From Eledone cirrhosa (Eukaryota): a DNA stretch of 64,000 nt. The stretch covers positions 7,006,001 through 7,070,000 of the forward strand of contig OZ024748.1 in NCBI GenBank assembly GCA_964016885.1. The letters run 5' to 3'. This document shows, piece after piece, positions 25,562-40,479 of the stretch (position 1 is its first letter; each line of letters starts with the position of its first letter). Position numbers and translations under genes: made by a program. The notes below the pieces were generated by a model. The model worked only from the letters and a program-made list of their open reading frames with translations. It was not told where the DNA came from and did not search any database.

Positions 25562-25592
<31 letters not shown>

Positions 25593-25868
25593 TTAATGAT
25601 GTTGATGATGATGATGATGATGTTATTGTCTTTGCTGTTGTTGCTAATGATGCTGTTTAAATGATGTCGGCTCTGAACAGATTTATAATCAAACTCACTC
25701 ACACACTCATTCACACACACACGCACACACACGCACACACACACATACAGACACACAGACAGACACTCACTCACACACACACACACACACACACACATAC
25801 CTATACACTCATTGACGTTTACACAAAGTTACACTTTCCCTCACACACTTATATATTCTTACAATAAC

Positions 25869-25909
<41 letters not shown>

Positions 25910-26566
25910 ATGATTCACACAGCCACATCCGCACACATTCTCTCGCACAATCACATTACTACACACTGACACACTATGCCACACACTCACTCATTCAGGC
26001 AGTTATTTACACATCCACACTGTCACACATACGCACTCACACAGCCATACATCCCCACACCCACACACTGTCTCACATACTTACACATTCACTTAACCAC
26101 ACAGACACACACATACTTACACATTCATGCATTTACGTACGCATTTACACCGCCACACGCACCCACCCACACACACACACTCATACACATTCACGCAACC
26201 ACACTGCTACAGGCACACACACTCATTCACCCAACCACAGACCCACACACCAACACATAGTCTCTCACATTCATTCACGTAGTCACACACTCACACACAC
26301 TGTCCCACCTACTTACACATTCATGCAATCATTCGTGTAATGAGCCAATTAGTTAATCTTGTAGAATCTTCAGGTGAGATATTACCTGAAGCCAGTCACG
26401 TAGCAAGGTAACAGTGTTCCCCATAAAAATAGCGGATCATTGATAAAACTGAATATATACACAACAGAAATCTGAAGGTGAAGAATTACTTTTTACACAC
26501 ACAGGTATTTATATATACAGCACTCATATATATAGAGAGAGAGGTAGATATAGGTATATAAACATA

Positions 26567-26610
<44 letters not shown>

Positions 26611-26614
<4 letters not shown>

Positions 26615-26803
26615 AACGAGTAGGACCCCGACGGCTGAGCTCAAGCCGTTTCGACGGCTAATTCTGGACTCAGAATTAGCCGTCGAAAAGGCTTGAGCTC
26701 AGCCGTCGGGGTCCTACTCGTTCCTATTACCCACTCTACTACCCTAAGTATTGAGTACTTTGGTGCGTTATGGTCCACCTGGTTCCTTACCACATTTCCT
26801 CCG

Positions 26804-26806
<3 letters not shown>
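26611..26806 (+). mobile_element. Palindromic (TA)n-flanked element (family B)
   Basis: ~56-bp arms 26611-26666 and 26671-26726. Both carry the 3' half of a hammerhead; the minus arm reads GAAAC-GGC...GCC-GTC. Further copies at 42585-42795 and 55482-55686. Confidence 0.75.
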
Positions 26807-26875
<69 letters not shown>

Positions 26876-28843
26876 TAAGTAAATAAATACATATATAGAT
26901 ATAGATTTATAAATGCATGTACATATACATATGAATGCATATATATATATATATATATATATAAGCATATGCTGATATACAATAACAGGAAAGAAAGTGG
27001 CATTAACAAGAAATAATGAGTTATGTAGAATATATTATCATTATTATTATTATTATCATTATTATTATTGTTGTTGATGTTGTTGTTATGTACTTTCAGG
27101 CTACAAGCAAGATTAGCTCCGTGTGCTTTAAGTTTCGGCTATGTTTTATGTTATATATTTTATCTTTGTTTTTGTAGAAACAAAAAAATGCACTTCACTT
27201 AATATGTATGTAATGTCTATTCCTGTTATTTTCTGTATTTTGTGTATATGTGAAAGTTGTGAATGTAATTTAAGTAATAAGGGCGTGGCATGTCTACTAT
27301 TCATATCTCCTGTATGTTATGTGTGTGCAGGGCTGCGCGTATGTATGTGTTTGTATGTGTAGTCCCTGGGAACTTTTTTACCATCCTCATACGCCCATTA
27401 TGTTGGAACATTTTCATCACCCTAAAGAACCCATTATTTCAGACTCTACCGATTAAGTCTATTTCCTTATATATGTATTCCAATATAATTTCCTCCATTA
27501 CTTTTGACGATAGACTCTCCTCCGTTAGAGTTGATATATTGATTAGAAAACTAGCTAGAAACCCACATAATTTGATATGGGAGCGATTACTTCATTAAAT
27601 ATACCCTATTATGTCTGTGATACAAATTTAATCCTCAAAAGGGGGATAAAAAGTAAAGTCGACCTTGGTGAAATTCGAACACAGAACTAAACGAGACAAA
27701 CAAATAACAATTCTTTGCGGTTTGAATTGTCTATATGGCTTCTCTGAGGATATTCAAATATTGGATATTCTCACGTGTCTAATGCCTGTCTATAATACTA
27801 ACGAATTTTATTTCTGTCAATTCTCGCTTCTTTTATCATTTTAAAGCTATTATTTAAACATTTTGCTTGAATTTGTTTGACCTTACGTCGTTCAGGCTTT
27901 AATAGGTTCTTCAAAAATTGTATTTGGATTTCCACATTGGTTAAATTAATACTTTTACATACATAAATATTTTATAAGTTAAGTAAATTTATTAATTTAT
28001 TTCTCACAAAGAAAATAATGCTATTGAACTATTATTTTTATCTTTTTTTGGTTCGACTTATTTTGCAATGACGTCTAGTAAAACTCACCAAAGTGAGAAT
28101 CGAAAACAAACATATTTACGAGCACAAAACTAATAATAACAGAAATTAGTCTACTTTGCTAACAAAAATACATTTTATAGAAAAAGGAATATTTTGTATT
28201 TTTCGAAACAACGAGACCCACACACCGAAACACAGTTCACCAAACTAGAAAGGCTAAATATATTTACTAAATCTGATCAGGACTTTCAATCTCTGAATTG
28301 GGAAGTGACACAGTCTGAAATAGATCAGTGGCAAAGATGAACTGGTAGGGAACCGACTCATTTCCCTGAGGAGGTAATTTAGAAGCAGATCATGTGATGT
28401 TGACCTTTGTCTTACACCTGGGCTGGGTATCATCGTTTGCTTCGAGAACAAGAGTAGGTTCTAAATGATGTCAAGACTGTCAATCTATATTTAGATAAAG
28501 GCAAAGGATGCTGCGTCACCGGTTGCTTACCCCTTACAATCAGAAATGATATTCGGAGATAAAAAAAAGATTTTGTGCGAATTATCAGCTCATAACTTCG
28601 GTGCGGTAGAATATATATATATATATGCGTGTGTGTGTGTAATATATATATATAGACACACGCATATATATAGGTGAATCAAAAAAGTAGGAGGGGCGCA
28701 CAGCAGGCACGACAACTGAGAAACACACGGTCCCTCCTCATCAGGAAATCAGCATTTATATACATACATACATATATATATATATATTGGCAAAGAACAA
28801 AACCAGAACAAGGAGTGCAGTACGAACACGCCAGAACAACAAC

Positions 28844-28920
<77 letters not shown>

Positions 28921-28923
<3 letters not shown>

Positions 28924-29404
28924 GAGGTTGTATTTAATTTGTTGGGATTCAACAAGCTTTAAAATGTTATAACTGATATAAAGCACTCAAAAGATTAGTG
29001 GAGTAAATACACAATATATTAATAAATGGAAACTATATTTATAAAACCATATTTATTTTATTATACATATTTCAAGGGCAACCAAGGTAAATTATGGTGC
29101 GCTTTCATCAGATAAAATACAGATTTGGTTTATAAATAAATATTGACATACCCGGAAAAAAAAAACAACCTTAACGGTTGGAGCTTCCTGGATAGTGAGA
29201 ATTTAGTGACTATCCAGTGACTATCCAGGAAACTCCAACCGTTAAGGTTGTCTTTTTGTCCGGGTATGTCAATATTTATTTATAAACCAAATCTGTATTT
29301 TATCTGATGAGGGCGCATCATAATTTACCTTGGTTGCCCTTGAAGTATGTATAATAAAATAAATATGGTTTTATAAATATAGTTTCCATTTATTAATATA
29401 TTGT
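28921..29404 (-). mobile_element. Family D hammerhead element with ~185-bp inverted arms
   Basis: Arms 29011-29196 and 29220-29404, each containing a hammerhead motif; (TA)n on both sides. Confidence 0.75.
29054..29119 (-). ncRNA. Minimal type-I hammerhead ribozyme motif
   Basis: UAUUUUAU-CUGAUGA-[AAGCGCACC...GGUUGCCCUU]-GAAA-U-AUGU-A-U-A^-AUAAAAUA. Confidence 0.7.
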
Positions 29405-29863
29405 ATATATATATATATATATATGTGTGTAGTTGTTGTTGCTCTGCTCCTGTAGTGTAAACGTCGTTATTTCTGCTGTGCACCATTCAGTCTAAATTTA
29501 CCCATTCAGACATAAGATTATATATTGTTTTATTTATTTATAGATAGGTGATAATTCATTTTATCATTATATTATTATTTTTATTGTTATTCATAGTATT
29601 AATAATAATGATTACGTTGATGCTATGTAATATAAAAAATCTCTAATTGAGAATGATACAAATTGTTTTTAGAACTAGTTTCTCTTCCATGACTGGCAAG
29701 TAGACTCAGCACGTCTGTATCGCTGGCTAACATCTACTTAGAAACTCATAAATTCTCTACTAGAGTGTTTCATAAAATAACGCAAAGAGGATGTAATTTT
29801 TCGTACATAAAACACAGATTGAGCGTGTAACAAGCAATAATTAAGCAAATAAAATATACATAC

Positions 29864-29906
<43 letters not shown>

Positions 29907-29983
29907 ATATTTGCATATTTATATTCATACACACATTCATTTATACGTTTTTACGAATATAGGCGTATGCCTTTGTACGTGTG

Positions 29984-30030
<47 letters not shown>

Positions 30031-30201
30031 TGTATGGTTCCGTAACTCCTGCTAGAGCCGTAGGGGTGCCGTATTGACATGCGGCGTTTCTTGGGCATTT
30101 TAAAGCCTGGCAGAGCCCATCCCTCTCCGGCCCTGAGTAGATCAGATTTCTTCCAGAGAGAGGAAGAATTGACCCCAATACTAGACACACACACACACAC
30201 A

Positions 30202-30257
<56 letters not shown>

Positions 30258-30621
30258 TATATGTATGTGTGTGTGTGTATCTGTTAGAGGTTTATATGAA
30301 GGCGTGCACGGTACGTTTAAGTATAATAAACATATATACGTCTCAGTATGGATGTATCAAGCTGTGAGTCTTTCAGCATGTGCTGTCTATCATCAGTAAC
30401 GTTTACTCATTCGGTATTAAGAAAAATTAAGCTAGAGCCTACTATTGTTTTGCTTATAAAACAAACCTCACCTGGAGAGGTTCATTTGAATATATAGTGA
30501 ATGGTTGATTTCAAAGGACCTTTAAGGTGCCTGTTACAGTACGGAAAAATGTATAGCGTGAATTGTTCGTCTTTAAAACAGCAAAGAATATAATTCTGTT
30601 TCAGAAATGAAAAATGTCTTA

Positions 30622-30652
<31 letters not shown>

Positions 30653-30655
<3 letters not shown>

Positions 30656-30945
30656 TCATCATGATCATCATTTTACGTCCACTTTTCCCCGCTTGCAAGG
30701 GTTGGACGGGTCCTATTCAGCACAGCATCTCTCCCACTGGTCACGGTCCTTCGTCATCTCCTCGGTGAGTTTCAGCGATCTGAGGTCTGCTGTCACCACC
30801 TCCGCCCATGTTTTTCGGTTTTTCGTGGTCTACCTCTACTGCGTCTTCCTTTTACTGGGATTTCTTGGCACTTCTTTACTCACCGGTCACCCTTCATGCG
30901 CATCACATGTCCATAACATCTCTGCCTTCTCTCCTGCACACCACA
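30653..30945 (-). mobile_element. RTE-type LINE 3' end (second family)
   Basis: QERRQRCYGHVMRM...KGRRSRGRPRK...WAEVVTADLRSLKLTEEMTKDRDQW; (GAT)n tail. Confidence 0.75.
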
Positions 30946-31182
30946 ACTTATTCCCTCTTTGGATTTTAGTCTTCACATTTATTATTATTACTATATATAT
31001 ATGTATATATATATATATATATAATTATGTCCTTTGTTTTATAATTCCATTCTAGTTGTTTATATATACATATAAGCTACAACAATACGAAGCATGTCTG
31101 TGTCATTAGTTTTCACTTATCTTACATCAGATTAATGCTTGACACTTCAGTCTTAAGGCTATATCTAATACATGTCATATGC

Positions 31183-31235
<53 letters not shown>

Positions 31236-31307
31236 TCTCTTCTCTTTCTCTCTCTCTCTCTCTCTCTGTCGCCTCTCTCTCTCTTTCTCTCTCTTTCTCT
31301 CTCTCTC

Positions 31308-31376
<69 letters not shown>

Positions 31377-31447
31377 CATAAATAAAATAGTTTGTGTTGG
31401 TTCGTTTTTATATACATTTTTCATATATTTAAGCATAAACATATTTT

Positions 31448-31490
<43 letters not shown>

Positions 31491-31803
31491 TATATATATA
31501 TATGTGTGTGTGTGTGTGTATGCGCGCGTGTGTGTGTATGTATATATAAATATATATATATATATATGTATAGATATATATATGCTTGAGGAAGAAGTTC
31601 ATGCCACGTTCATAAGGCTCCGGGTTTGGTTCCATCAGCGTGGCATCTCATTTACAAGTTTCCTCAGTAACATTGGTTATCGTGATACTGTGATGAATGG
31701 TGGTTCAGTACAGGAAAGGACGAAGATCTTTCGGTTTCTCATCCCTTTCACCATTGATGTTGCTAGTATTGCTCATGAGATGAATCTGTATGTCTCGTCT
31801 CTG

Positions 31804-31879
<76 letters not shown>

Positions 31880-31977
31880 CTGTGTATGTATAATTGATCG
31901 TGCTGGTCGCCCGAGAAATGATTGTAATATGTCCAATAAATTCCTTTCGTCGCAACACTGATTCTCTTTTTTCTGTG

Positions 31978-32009
<32 letters not shown>

Positions 32010-32329
32010 ATGTTATATATATATCTTTATTTTTCTCTATGCAGAAAAATGCAGTAATTGAATTGGACTTGTATGGTTTATTGAATTTTGTGTTAAACTC
32101 TCACCACAACTTTTTAGCAAGAATATCCTTTCGGATTATCTCTATTTACACACTCTGGAGATGGACAATATAATAATAGGTCTCGCACTAGTTCCCTAGA
32201 CATCTTCCTTCTCGGAATGCACCGTCTTTCTCACAGTATAATGAATATTATTATTGTTTCTGTCAATGTTTGTTGGTTTTATTTTTTATTTCCTCAAGAT
32301 TTTCCTGTGATGTGACTCTGAGTTCATTT

Positions 32330-32950
32330 TCAATAAAAGTTTTATCGAATACCACAAAAAAACAAAATTATGTTATGACATATATTTTCAATTGAGATTC
32401 GAACGCTAATGAACTTCTTATTGATAAATGGATCAGACAAGCACCTCTTCACTAACTTCTTTGCTAAATATGTAATCAATACCTATGACATTTATATCCT
32501 GAAGTTGTGTTCTCTGGAGCTCCCGCTATGTCTACACATTTTGGCTCTGTAAAAAAAAACATACCAAACTGAACGCTACTATCGACATATCACATTCCAT
32601 GCACACCAATTCTTGCAGAAGTCCTCTACAAACTTTACATTTTATGACGGTATAAAATACAAGCCTCACATCATTTATAAATTCTTTAGCTCCGCGCTCT
32701 CTCGATATATATTTTAGGAAGTTTAAACATTTGCTTTTCGTTTCTTTCTCTCTTGCGTTACCATAAATATTTTCTCTGAAATTTAAAATATTATTCCACT
32801 TTCTCTTAGTGCAATAGCAACGAGTAAATTTAGCCGAAGATGCAGCATCTTCGTGTCCAAAAACCTGCTATATTTAGCAGAAAAATATCCCACAAACAAC
32901 ACCACATCATCTTCAAAAGGGATATCACTAAACATGATAAAACGGAATGA
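32330..32950 (+). pseudogene. Highly degenerate Penelope-like RT remnant
   Basis: Weak RT-like peptides (ATIDISHSMHTN; AIATSKFS). ~32440-32590 has an inverted, diverged copy at ~35140-35305. Confidence 0.35.
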
Positions 32951-32995
32951 TTCTGTCTGAATAATCGATCCCACGTCAAGAAATTGTATTCATGT

Positions 32996-33081
<86 letters not shown>

Positions 33082-33175
33082 GTTTGCACGTATATATTTA
33101 TATATATATATATATACATATTTATATATATATATATATACATATATACATATATATATATATACACATATATAT

Positions 33176-33242
<67 letters not shown>

Positions 33243-33949
33243 CATATTATATATATATAACCCCTTACTCACATGTATATGTTTAGAATCGTGTAACCTA
33301 CATAATGTGCGCATACGTATGTTCTACGCACGTATATATATATTATATATATATATATATATTTATTTATATGTGTGTGTGTGTGTGTAGGTTTGTAGTG
33401 TGTGTGACTGGACAACGTTCTCTGTGAAATGGTATGGGTCTATATAGAGAATAATATAAAAATATGGAAAACATCAGTGTTTACTCATCAAATTTGAAAA
33501 CCATCCAAGATGTCTGGTTTTAGATGAACAAACAAGATTGATAACATATTTCTCAATGTTTTCTAACTTTCAGACACTGAAGAAGCGATATTTGTTTAAG
33601 TGTTAAGAATAAAAAAAAAAATGAAATATTATGAATGGTATTTATGTGTGAAAGGTCAACAGAAATCTTCGTCTTTCCATAATTTGTGGCCTTCACTTCA
33701 CTAAAAATTACAGAGAGATATAATTCTACTTTTAAAGTCAAAGATAGAAACTGAAGTGATATATATATCCGTAAAATTATATACCAACACGCAAACACAC
33801 ACACACACACACATACATAATATGTATATATACAATATATATGTATATATATACTATACATATATATATGTATATATATATATATATATACATATATCTA
33901 TATATATATCTATATATACATATATACATATGTATATATATACACATAT

Positions 33950-34029
<80 letters not shown>

Positions 34030-34108
34030 GTAAACATATATATATATGTATACATATATATATATATATATGTATACATATATATGTATATATATATATG
34101 TATATATG

Positions 34109-34139
<31 letters not shown>

Positions 34140-34158
34140 GTATATATATATATGTATG

Positions 34159-34216
<58 letters not shown>

Positions 34217-34310
34217 TGTATATATATGTATATATATATATATGTATATATGTATATGTATATATATATACATATATATATGTATATATATATATGTATA
34301 TATATATACG

Positions 34311-34353
<43 letters not shown>

Positions 34354-34376
34354 GTATATATATATATGTATATATG

Positions 34377-34461
<85 letters not shown>

Positions 34462-34558
34462 GTATATATGTATATATATATATGTATATATATATGTATA
34501 TATATATGTATATATATATGTATATATATATGTATATATATATATTGTATATATATAT

Positions 34559-34603
<45 letters not shown>

Positions 34604-34642
34604 GTATATATATATGTATATGTATATATATATATGTATATA

Positions 34643-34722
<80 letters not shown>

Positions 34723-35099
34723 CTGTGTGTATAGGGAGAGAGTGAGAGTGAGGAAGAGCTAGAGGGAGCGAGGGAACTAGATTTTTTTCTGTTGGGAACA
34801 GAAGCTAAAATAAAGTACTCAATACTTCATGTAGAGAATTATTTAGGTTTATGTCAATAGAAATGGCTTTTAGAAGACTCTCTCTCTCCACACACACACA
34901 CACCCATATATATATATATATATATATGGAGTGGGTGAGGATGCAATAAACCAGACAGTTATATAGACCCCCAATTGGACACGACGGGGATCGAACTCAT
35001 AAAATAAAGGAATGTAACTAAATACCACACGGCATTGACGTTATCAGAATTCCTGCCTAATCCACTTCTCTATACGTATCCATAATGTGAAGTAATGTA

Positions 35100-35400
35100 A
35101 AGTGATTGAGTACTAAACCTAGTACGAATTAGTTTATAAGGAATGCGATATGTCGATACTGATGTTCTCTTGGGTATTTATTTACAGAGACAGAATGTGT
35201 AGAGCTTGCGGGAGCTCCCGACTTCTTGTTGAATCTTCAGGTTATAAATGTCATAAGTATTGATTACATACTTAGCAAGGAAGTTAGTGAAGAGGGTCTT
35301 GTCTACTCCTATTGTCAATACGAGCTAGTTAGTATTCGAGGCATTATTGAAATCATAAAATTAATTTTAAGCCAACCCTAAAACACCGATATTACTAATT
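35100..35400 (-). repeat. Inverted, diverged copy of the 32400-32620 sequence
   Basis: Reverse complement ctcttcactaacttc.ttgctaa.tatgtaatcaatac.tatgacatttata.cctgaag...ggagctcccgc...ctacacatt matches 32445-32540. Confidence 0.7.
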
Positions 35401-36458
35401 CTTTTCACTTAAGATGCTACGTTCTTATGAGAAAGAATTACAAATATGAAAGCTTAGGAAAGCTCTTAAGATGTTTTACATTCGAACAATGTTATTGCAT
35501 TCATCATAACAAATTAAATTTAGGGTGGATAATTGTCAGAATTGTCAGAAAGTCGACTAAATACTGCCCTGTATTTCTTCTGTATTTGTTCAAAATCTCT
35601 CCTTCTAAAGCTAATATCATATACCAATCAGTAACTGGGGAGATTTAACCAGCTACTGTCTCTACCAATATCTCTTCCCTTGGTCCTATTATTGTAACAA
35701 ATTACAATATCTAGTGGGTGGTAATGATTTGTCACACAATAGGTTATTCCTTGTAATTCAGTCGGCATTAAGTTTTAAAAACAAAGGTGAACGAACTGTT
35801 ATATAATATACCACCCCAAAAAGCAAATAATATATAATGTAGATTTTTTTTCTGTGGTGGTAAATCGAATGAGAAAAACAAATAAAAGATAAATCTGTTG
35901 TAGATACTTCAGCATAAAATGTCTGGGTTTATATTCTGTCAACAGTGTTGATAGTATAAATCCAGTAACGATCTTTAGTATAGCAAACATTGGAGTGGGT
36001 ATCCTTTACCTGAAATGAATAGTTACAGGAGATCTGATGCCCTGTAGAGTTTAGTGTCTCTGAATCTCGGTAAAAGGTGTCGCCTTGTCTCCTTGGTTTT
36101 CAACTAGGACTAGACCAGCAACACACCAGTTTTTCTGTGATACCAAAGATTGGATTTTATCGCAATACATAAATCAGGTCAATCTATAATTGATATTCAA
36201 AGACATTAGCAGTGACATTGATCTCTGGTTCCCATCAACATTGTATCACAATATTAAGTGGGGTTAGCAGAGGTCAAGACGAAGACAACCTATGTAATGA
36301 AACAGCAGTATATGTGTAAATGTATACCTTGATATATTTACACACACAAATGTACCTAAGTACCCTTCCATATAATATATATATATATATATATATCCAT
36401 ACATACACGTGTGGGGTATATAGAAACAAAGATACACACACGCACACACGCACACACG

Positions 36459-36533
<75 letters not shown>

Positions 36534-37497
36534 GTGTGAACGTATATAGAGACAGAATGACACAAATATTGATATGTATTTAGACAGCTAAATATATTTA
36601 CTCATATATAAACCAGAACATATAAACATGTATAAATTTATTAATATCTATGCGCATTTCTGTGCGTGTGTGAGAGAAATGATGAGAGGGAGAGAGAATA
36701 AGCCAGAGACTGAGAAACACACACATTACGTTTACTCATATTTATTTTCATGATGTCAACACACCAATAAAAAAAATATAATTTAAAATAAACTGGTGAA
36801 CAGAATATGAATTGTAAAGTGTAACATGAACGAAAGTGATAATGGAATTTATGAGAAGAATTATTTCAATTCAACCTCGTGTTTTATTGTCTTTGACTTT
36901 CACAAGACACAGTAGGACACTAATGGAAGGGTTCTATTATAATATATTTTACATTAACTCCTTATTTGGGAGGTTATCAGGAATCACAGATTCTTCTGGA
37001 AACAGTTTGCAGTCAGTTGGAAAAAAGAAAGAAATCTGTGAGTGAAGAGTTAGGAATTGTATGTCCCTGGAGTGTTGTTTCAGTAATGTCCTCTTTATGG
37101 CGCTCATTAGCAGATACCTAATTGTCTGAGAGTTATAGTAATCAGTGTTTATTGTCTAGTCAATGTAATTCACTTAATCCCTTTCTAATCCATTTCTCTA
37201 CCATTTCCTTTCTTTGTTTTGTTTTGTTGTTGTTGCAGCTCTTTGTTTTTGCACGGTATTAAATTCAGAGAAAATTTCTTTTTAATTTCCTTTGTTTTTC
37301 TTCTTACACAACACTTCATGTTACATTTAGTAGATGAAAATAGAAACAATACATACGTGGTTATTTCAATGTACATGCATGTATTATATTACTGGTATTA
37401 TGCGAGACAATGGCGGGTTCAATTGATCCGTCAAACATGGCAGTCGACTTTCGCTCAACATGTAAACTAACATCTAAAACAGTGAAGCAGAATGTCA

Positions 37498-37675
37498 TAG
37501 TATCGGTATAGGGTCGGACATGCTTTCCAGCATAGTTACGTCCCTTTAGGATCTGAGTTCAAATCCCGCCGAGATTAACTTTGCCTTTCATCTTTACGGG
37601 CTCGATAAAATAAAGTACCAGTAATGTACTGGGATAATTACCGGCCTTGTGCCAGAAGCAGAAACAATTATTATT
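37498..37675 (+). mobile_element. tRNA-derived SINE (family 1)
   Basis: Head, B-box gagttcaaatcc, core and tail present. Confidence 0.85.
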
Positions 37676-37714
37676 TTTCCTATATTTTGGGAGTCATCTT
37701 TCTTGTTTATTATG

Positions 37715-37995
37715 TATATATTCGTCTGGTGTTGATGGACATTAGAATGAGGACTCAATACCGAAGAAGCGTTTAAATATCCTTTATTAAGCTAAGTGGT
37801 GTACCCAGTTGCGCTGGAGTTTCTCCTGTCTTCCCAGAGGATCATCAGACATGATTCTTGGCTGATGATCCTATGAGTACACATCTGAATCTCCAGCCTC
37901 TCTAGGTACACCACTTAGCTTAATAAAGGATATTTAAACTCTTCTTCGGTATTGAGTCCTCATTTTAACGTCCATCAACATCAGACGAATATATA
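37715..37995. mobile_element. Family C palindromic element with ~134-bp arms
   Basis: Arms 37715-37848 and 37862-37995, each starting at CTGATGA at the centre. The minus arm reads CTGATGA-TCCT...AGGA-GAAAC. Confidence 0.7.
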
Positions 37996-38296
37996 TATAT
38001 ACTTAGTATATATTTCCCCCAAATTAACGTTATATGAGTTTTATTCATCCTCTCTTGTTTATTTCTTCTCTCTCTCCCTCTCGTACTATTTTTTATCTTT
38101 CTCCCCTTATATCTTCTCTCTCTTTCTTTCTCCATAGTCGTTTAAATAAACGGTTGTTTTTGAATTATTTACATATTCATTTGCATATTCACACATAAGT
38201 TTGAATAATCCCTAATATATTTCCACTGTCCAGTGAATTTCCAACCGATAAGGTATGATTTTCATGGGTACGTCTCTATTTATAAAACAAACTTTG

Positions 38297-38360
38297 TATT
38301 TTATCTGATGAAAGCGTACCAATGTTGTCTTGGTACCCTTGAAATATATATAATAAAATA
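38297..38360 (+). ncRNA. Minimal type-I hammerhead ribozyme motif (family D element ~38225-38496)
   Basis: Stem I UAUUUUAU/AUAAAAUA; core CUGAUGA; stem II AAGCGUACCAA/UUGGUACCCUU; GAAA; 2-bp stem III closed by palindromic AUAU; predicted cleavage after AUA at 38352. Confidence 0.8.
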
Positions 38361-38494
38361 AATATGGTTTTATAAATATAGTTTCCATTTATTTAATATC
38401 ATCGAATATTTACTCCAGTAACCAGTTGAGTGCTCTAAATCAGTTATAAACATTTATATTTGTCGGACTTCCAACAAATTAAATACCCCTTCTA

Positions 38495-38534
<40 letters not shown>

Positions 38535-38671
38535 TACAAATACATATATATGTATATATATATGTATATATATATATGTATATAAACTTACACACACATA
38601 TATACATATATATGTAATTACAAATACATATATATTATATGTATATATATTTGTATACTCACACACACGCG

Positions 38672-38723
<52 letters not shown>

Positions 38724-38993
38724 AATATAATAAACCAAGAAAGAATACCCCCATAATATAAGAAAATGTGATAAAGATATATTTGTATAGAAAATATTCC
38801 CGTTCCATTGTATATGTACACAGGTCAGGTTGTTTATATCACACCATGCCTCAATAAAGAAAAACAATCTCCAACAAATAAGATTTAAATTTTTATTCGT
38901 GACGTTGGCTGAAGAAGAATTAGCTTTTCAAAATATGTGTGTGTGTATGTACACACACACAGACACACTCATATATATATATATATATATATA

Positions 38994-39045
<52 letters not shown>

Positions 39046-39093
39046 CACAAACACACACATATATATATATATATAGAGAGATATATGTATATC

Positions 39094-39129
<36 letters not shown>

Positions 39130-39520
39130 AATAAATAAATATATATATATATATATATGTATATACATATATCTTAGTACTTTAAAAAATATTTATGTTT
39201 TGTTTCTGGTTTCAGGTATAATTCTGATGTGTTGACGCGAAGAAATAAATATTCAGAGCTTTTGTTAAAATTTCTTAGCAAAATCGATTATCGATCAGTT
39301 GAAATTTAGTTTACAATGGCAAATATATTGTCTTGTAAGTTGTTCATAATGGTAAATGTGTGATGGTGCGTTTAAAATGTATGAGGCTTCGCTGGAACTA
39401 TATTTACCAAACAATGATTTTTCAGTCATGCTTGGCACCACTTGCCATCCAAGCATAAACTATTGAATTGGTATTGATATGAACATTTCGCAGGAAAGTA
39501 TATGTATACATGTAAACATA

Positions 39521-39908
<388 letters not shown>

Positions 39909-39928
39909 ATATATATAATTCATCGCCG

Positions 39929-39968
<40 letters not shown>

Positions 39969-40025
39969 TTATATATATATATATTTATTTATATATATAT
40001 ATATTTATTTATATATATATATATT

Positions 40026-40078
<53 letters not shown>

Positions 40079-40089
40079 ATATATTTATT

Positions 40090-40160
<71 letters not shown>

Positions 40161-40275
40161 ATATATATATATAAATATAAATATATATATATATAAATAT
40201 ATATACATTTATACATATATTTGTATATTGGTATGAGTTTGTAAATATACATACACACACACGTATTATATATAC

Positions 40276-40325
<50 letters not shown>

Positions 40326-40364
40326 GGAGAAAGAGAAATAGACATAAAAAAGCTTTCATATACT

Positions 40365-40407
<43 letters not shown>

Positions 40408-40434
40408 ATATATATATAATATATATATACACAT

Positions 40435-40476
<42 letters not shown>

Positions 40477-40479
40477 ATT

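Noticed and set aside
26611-26726. Hairpins as miRNA precursors or CRISPR repeats
   Set aside because: Dispersed multicopy elements with variable centres, no spacer array, and no recognisable Hox-cluster miRNA such as miR-10.
31575-31670. Weak inverted repeat (atgccacg/cgtggcat)
   Set aside because: Only ~8 bp plus a short outer match; compatible with chance.
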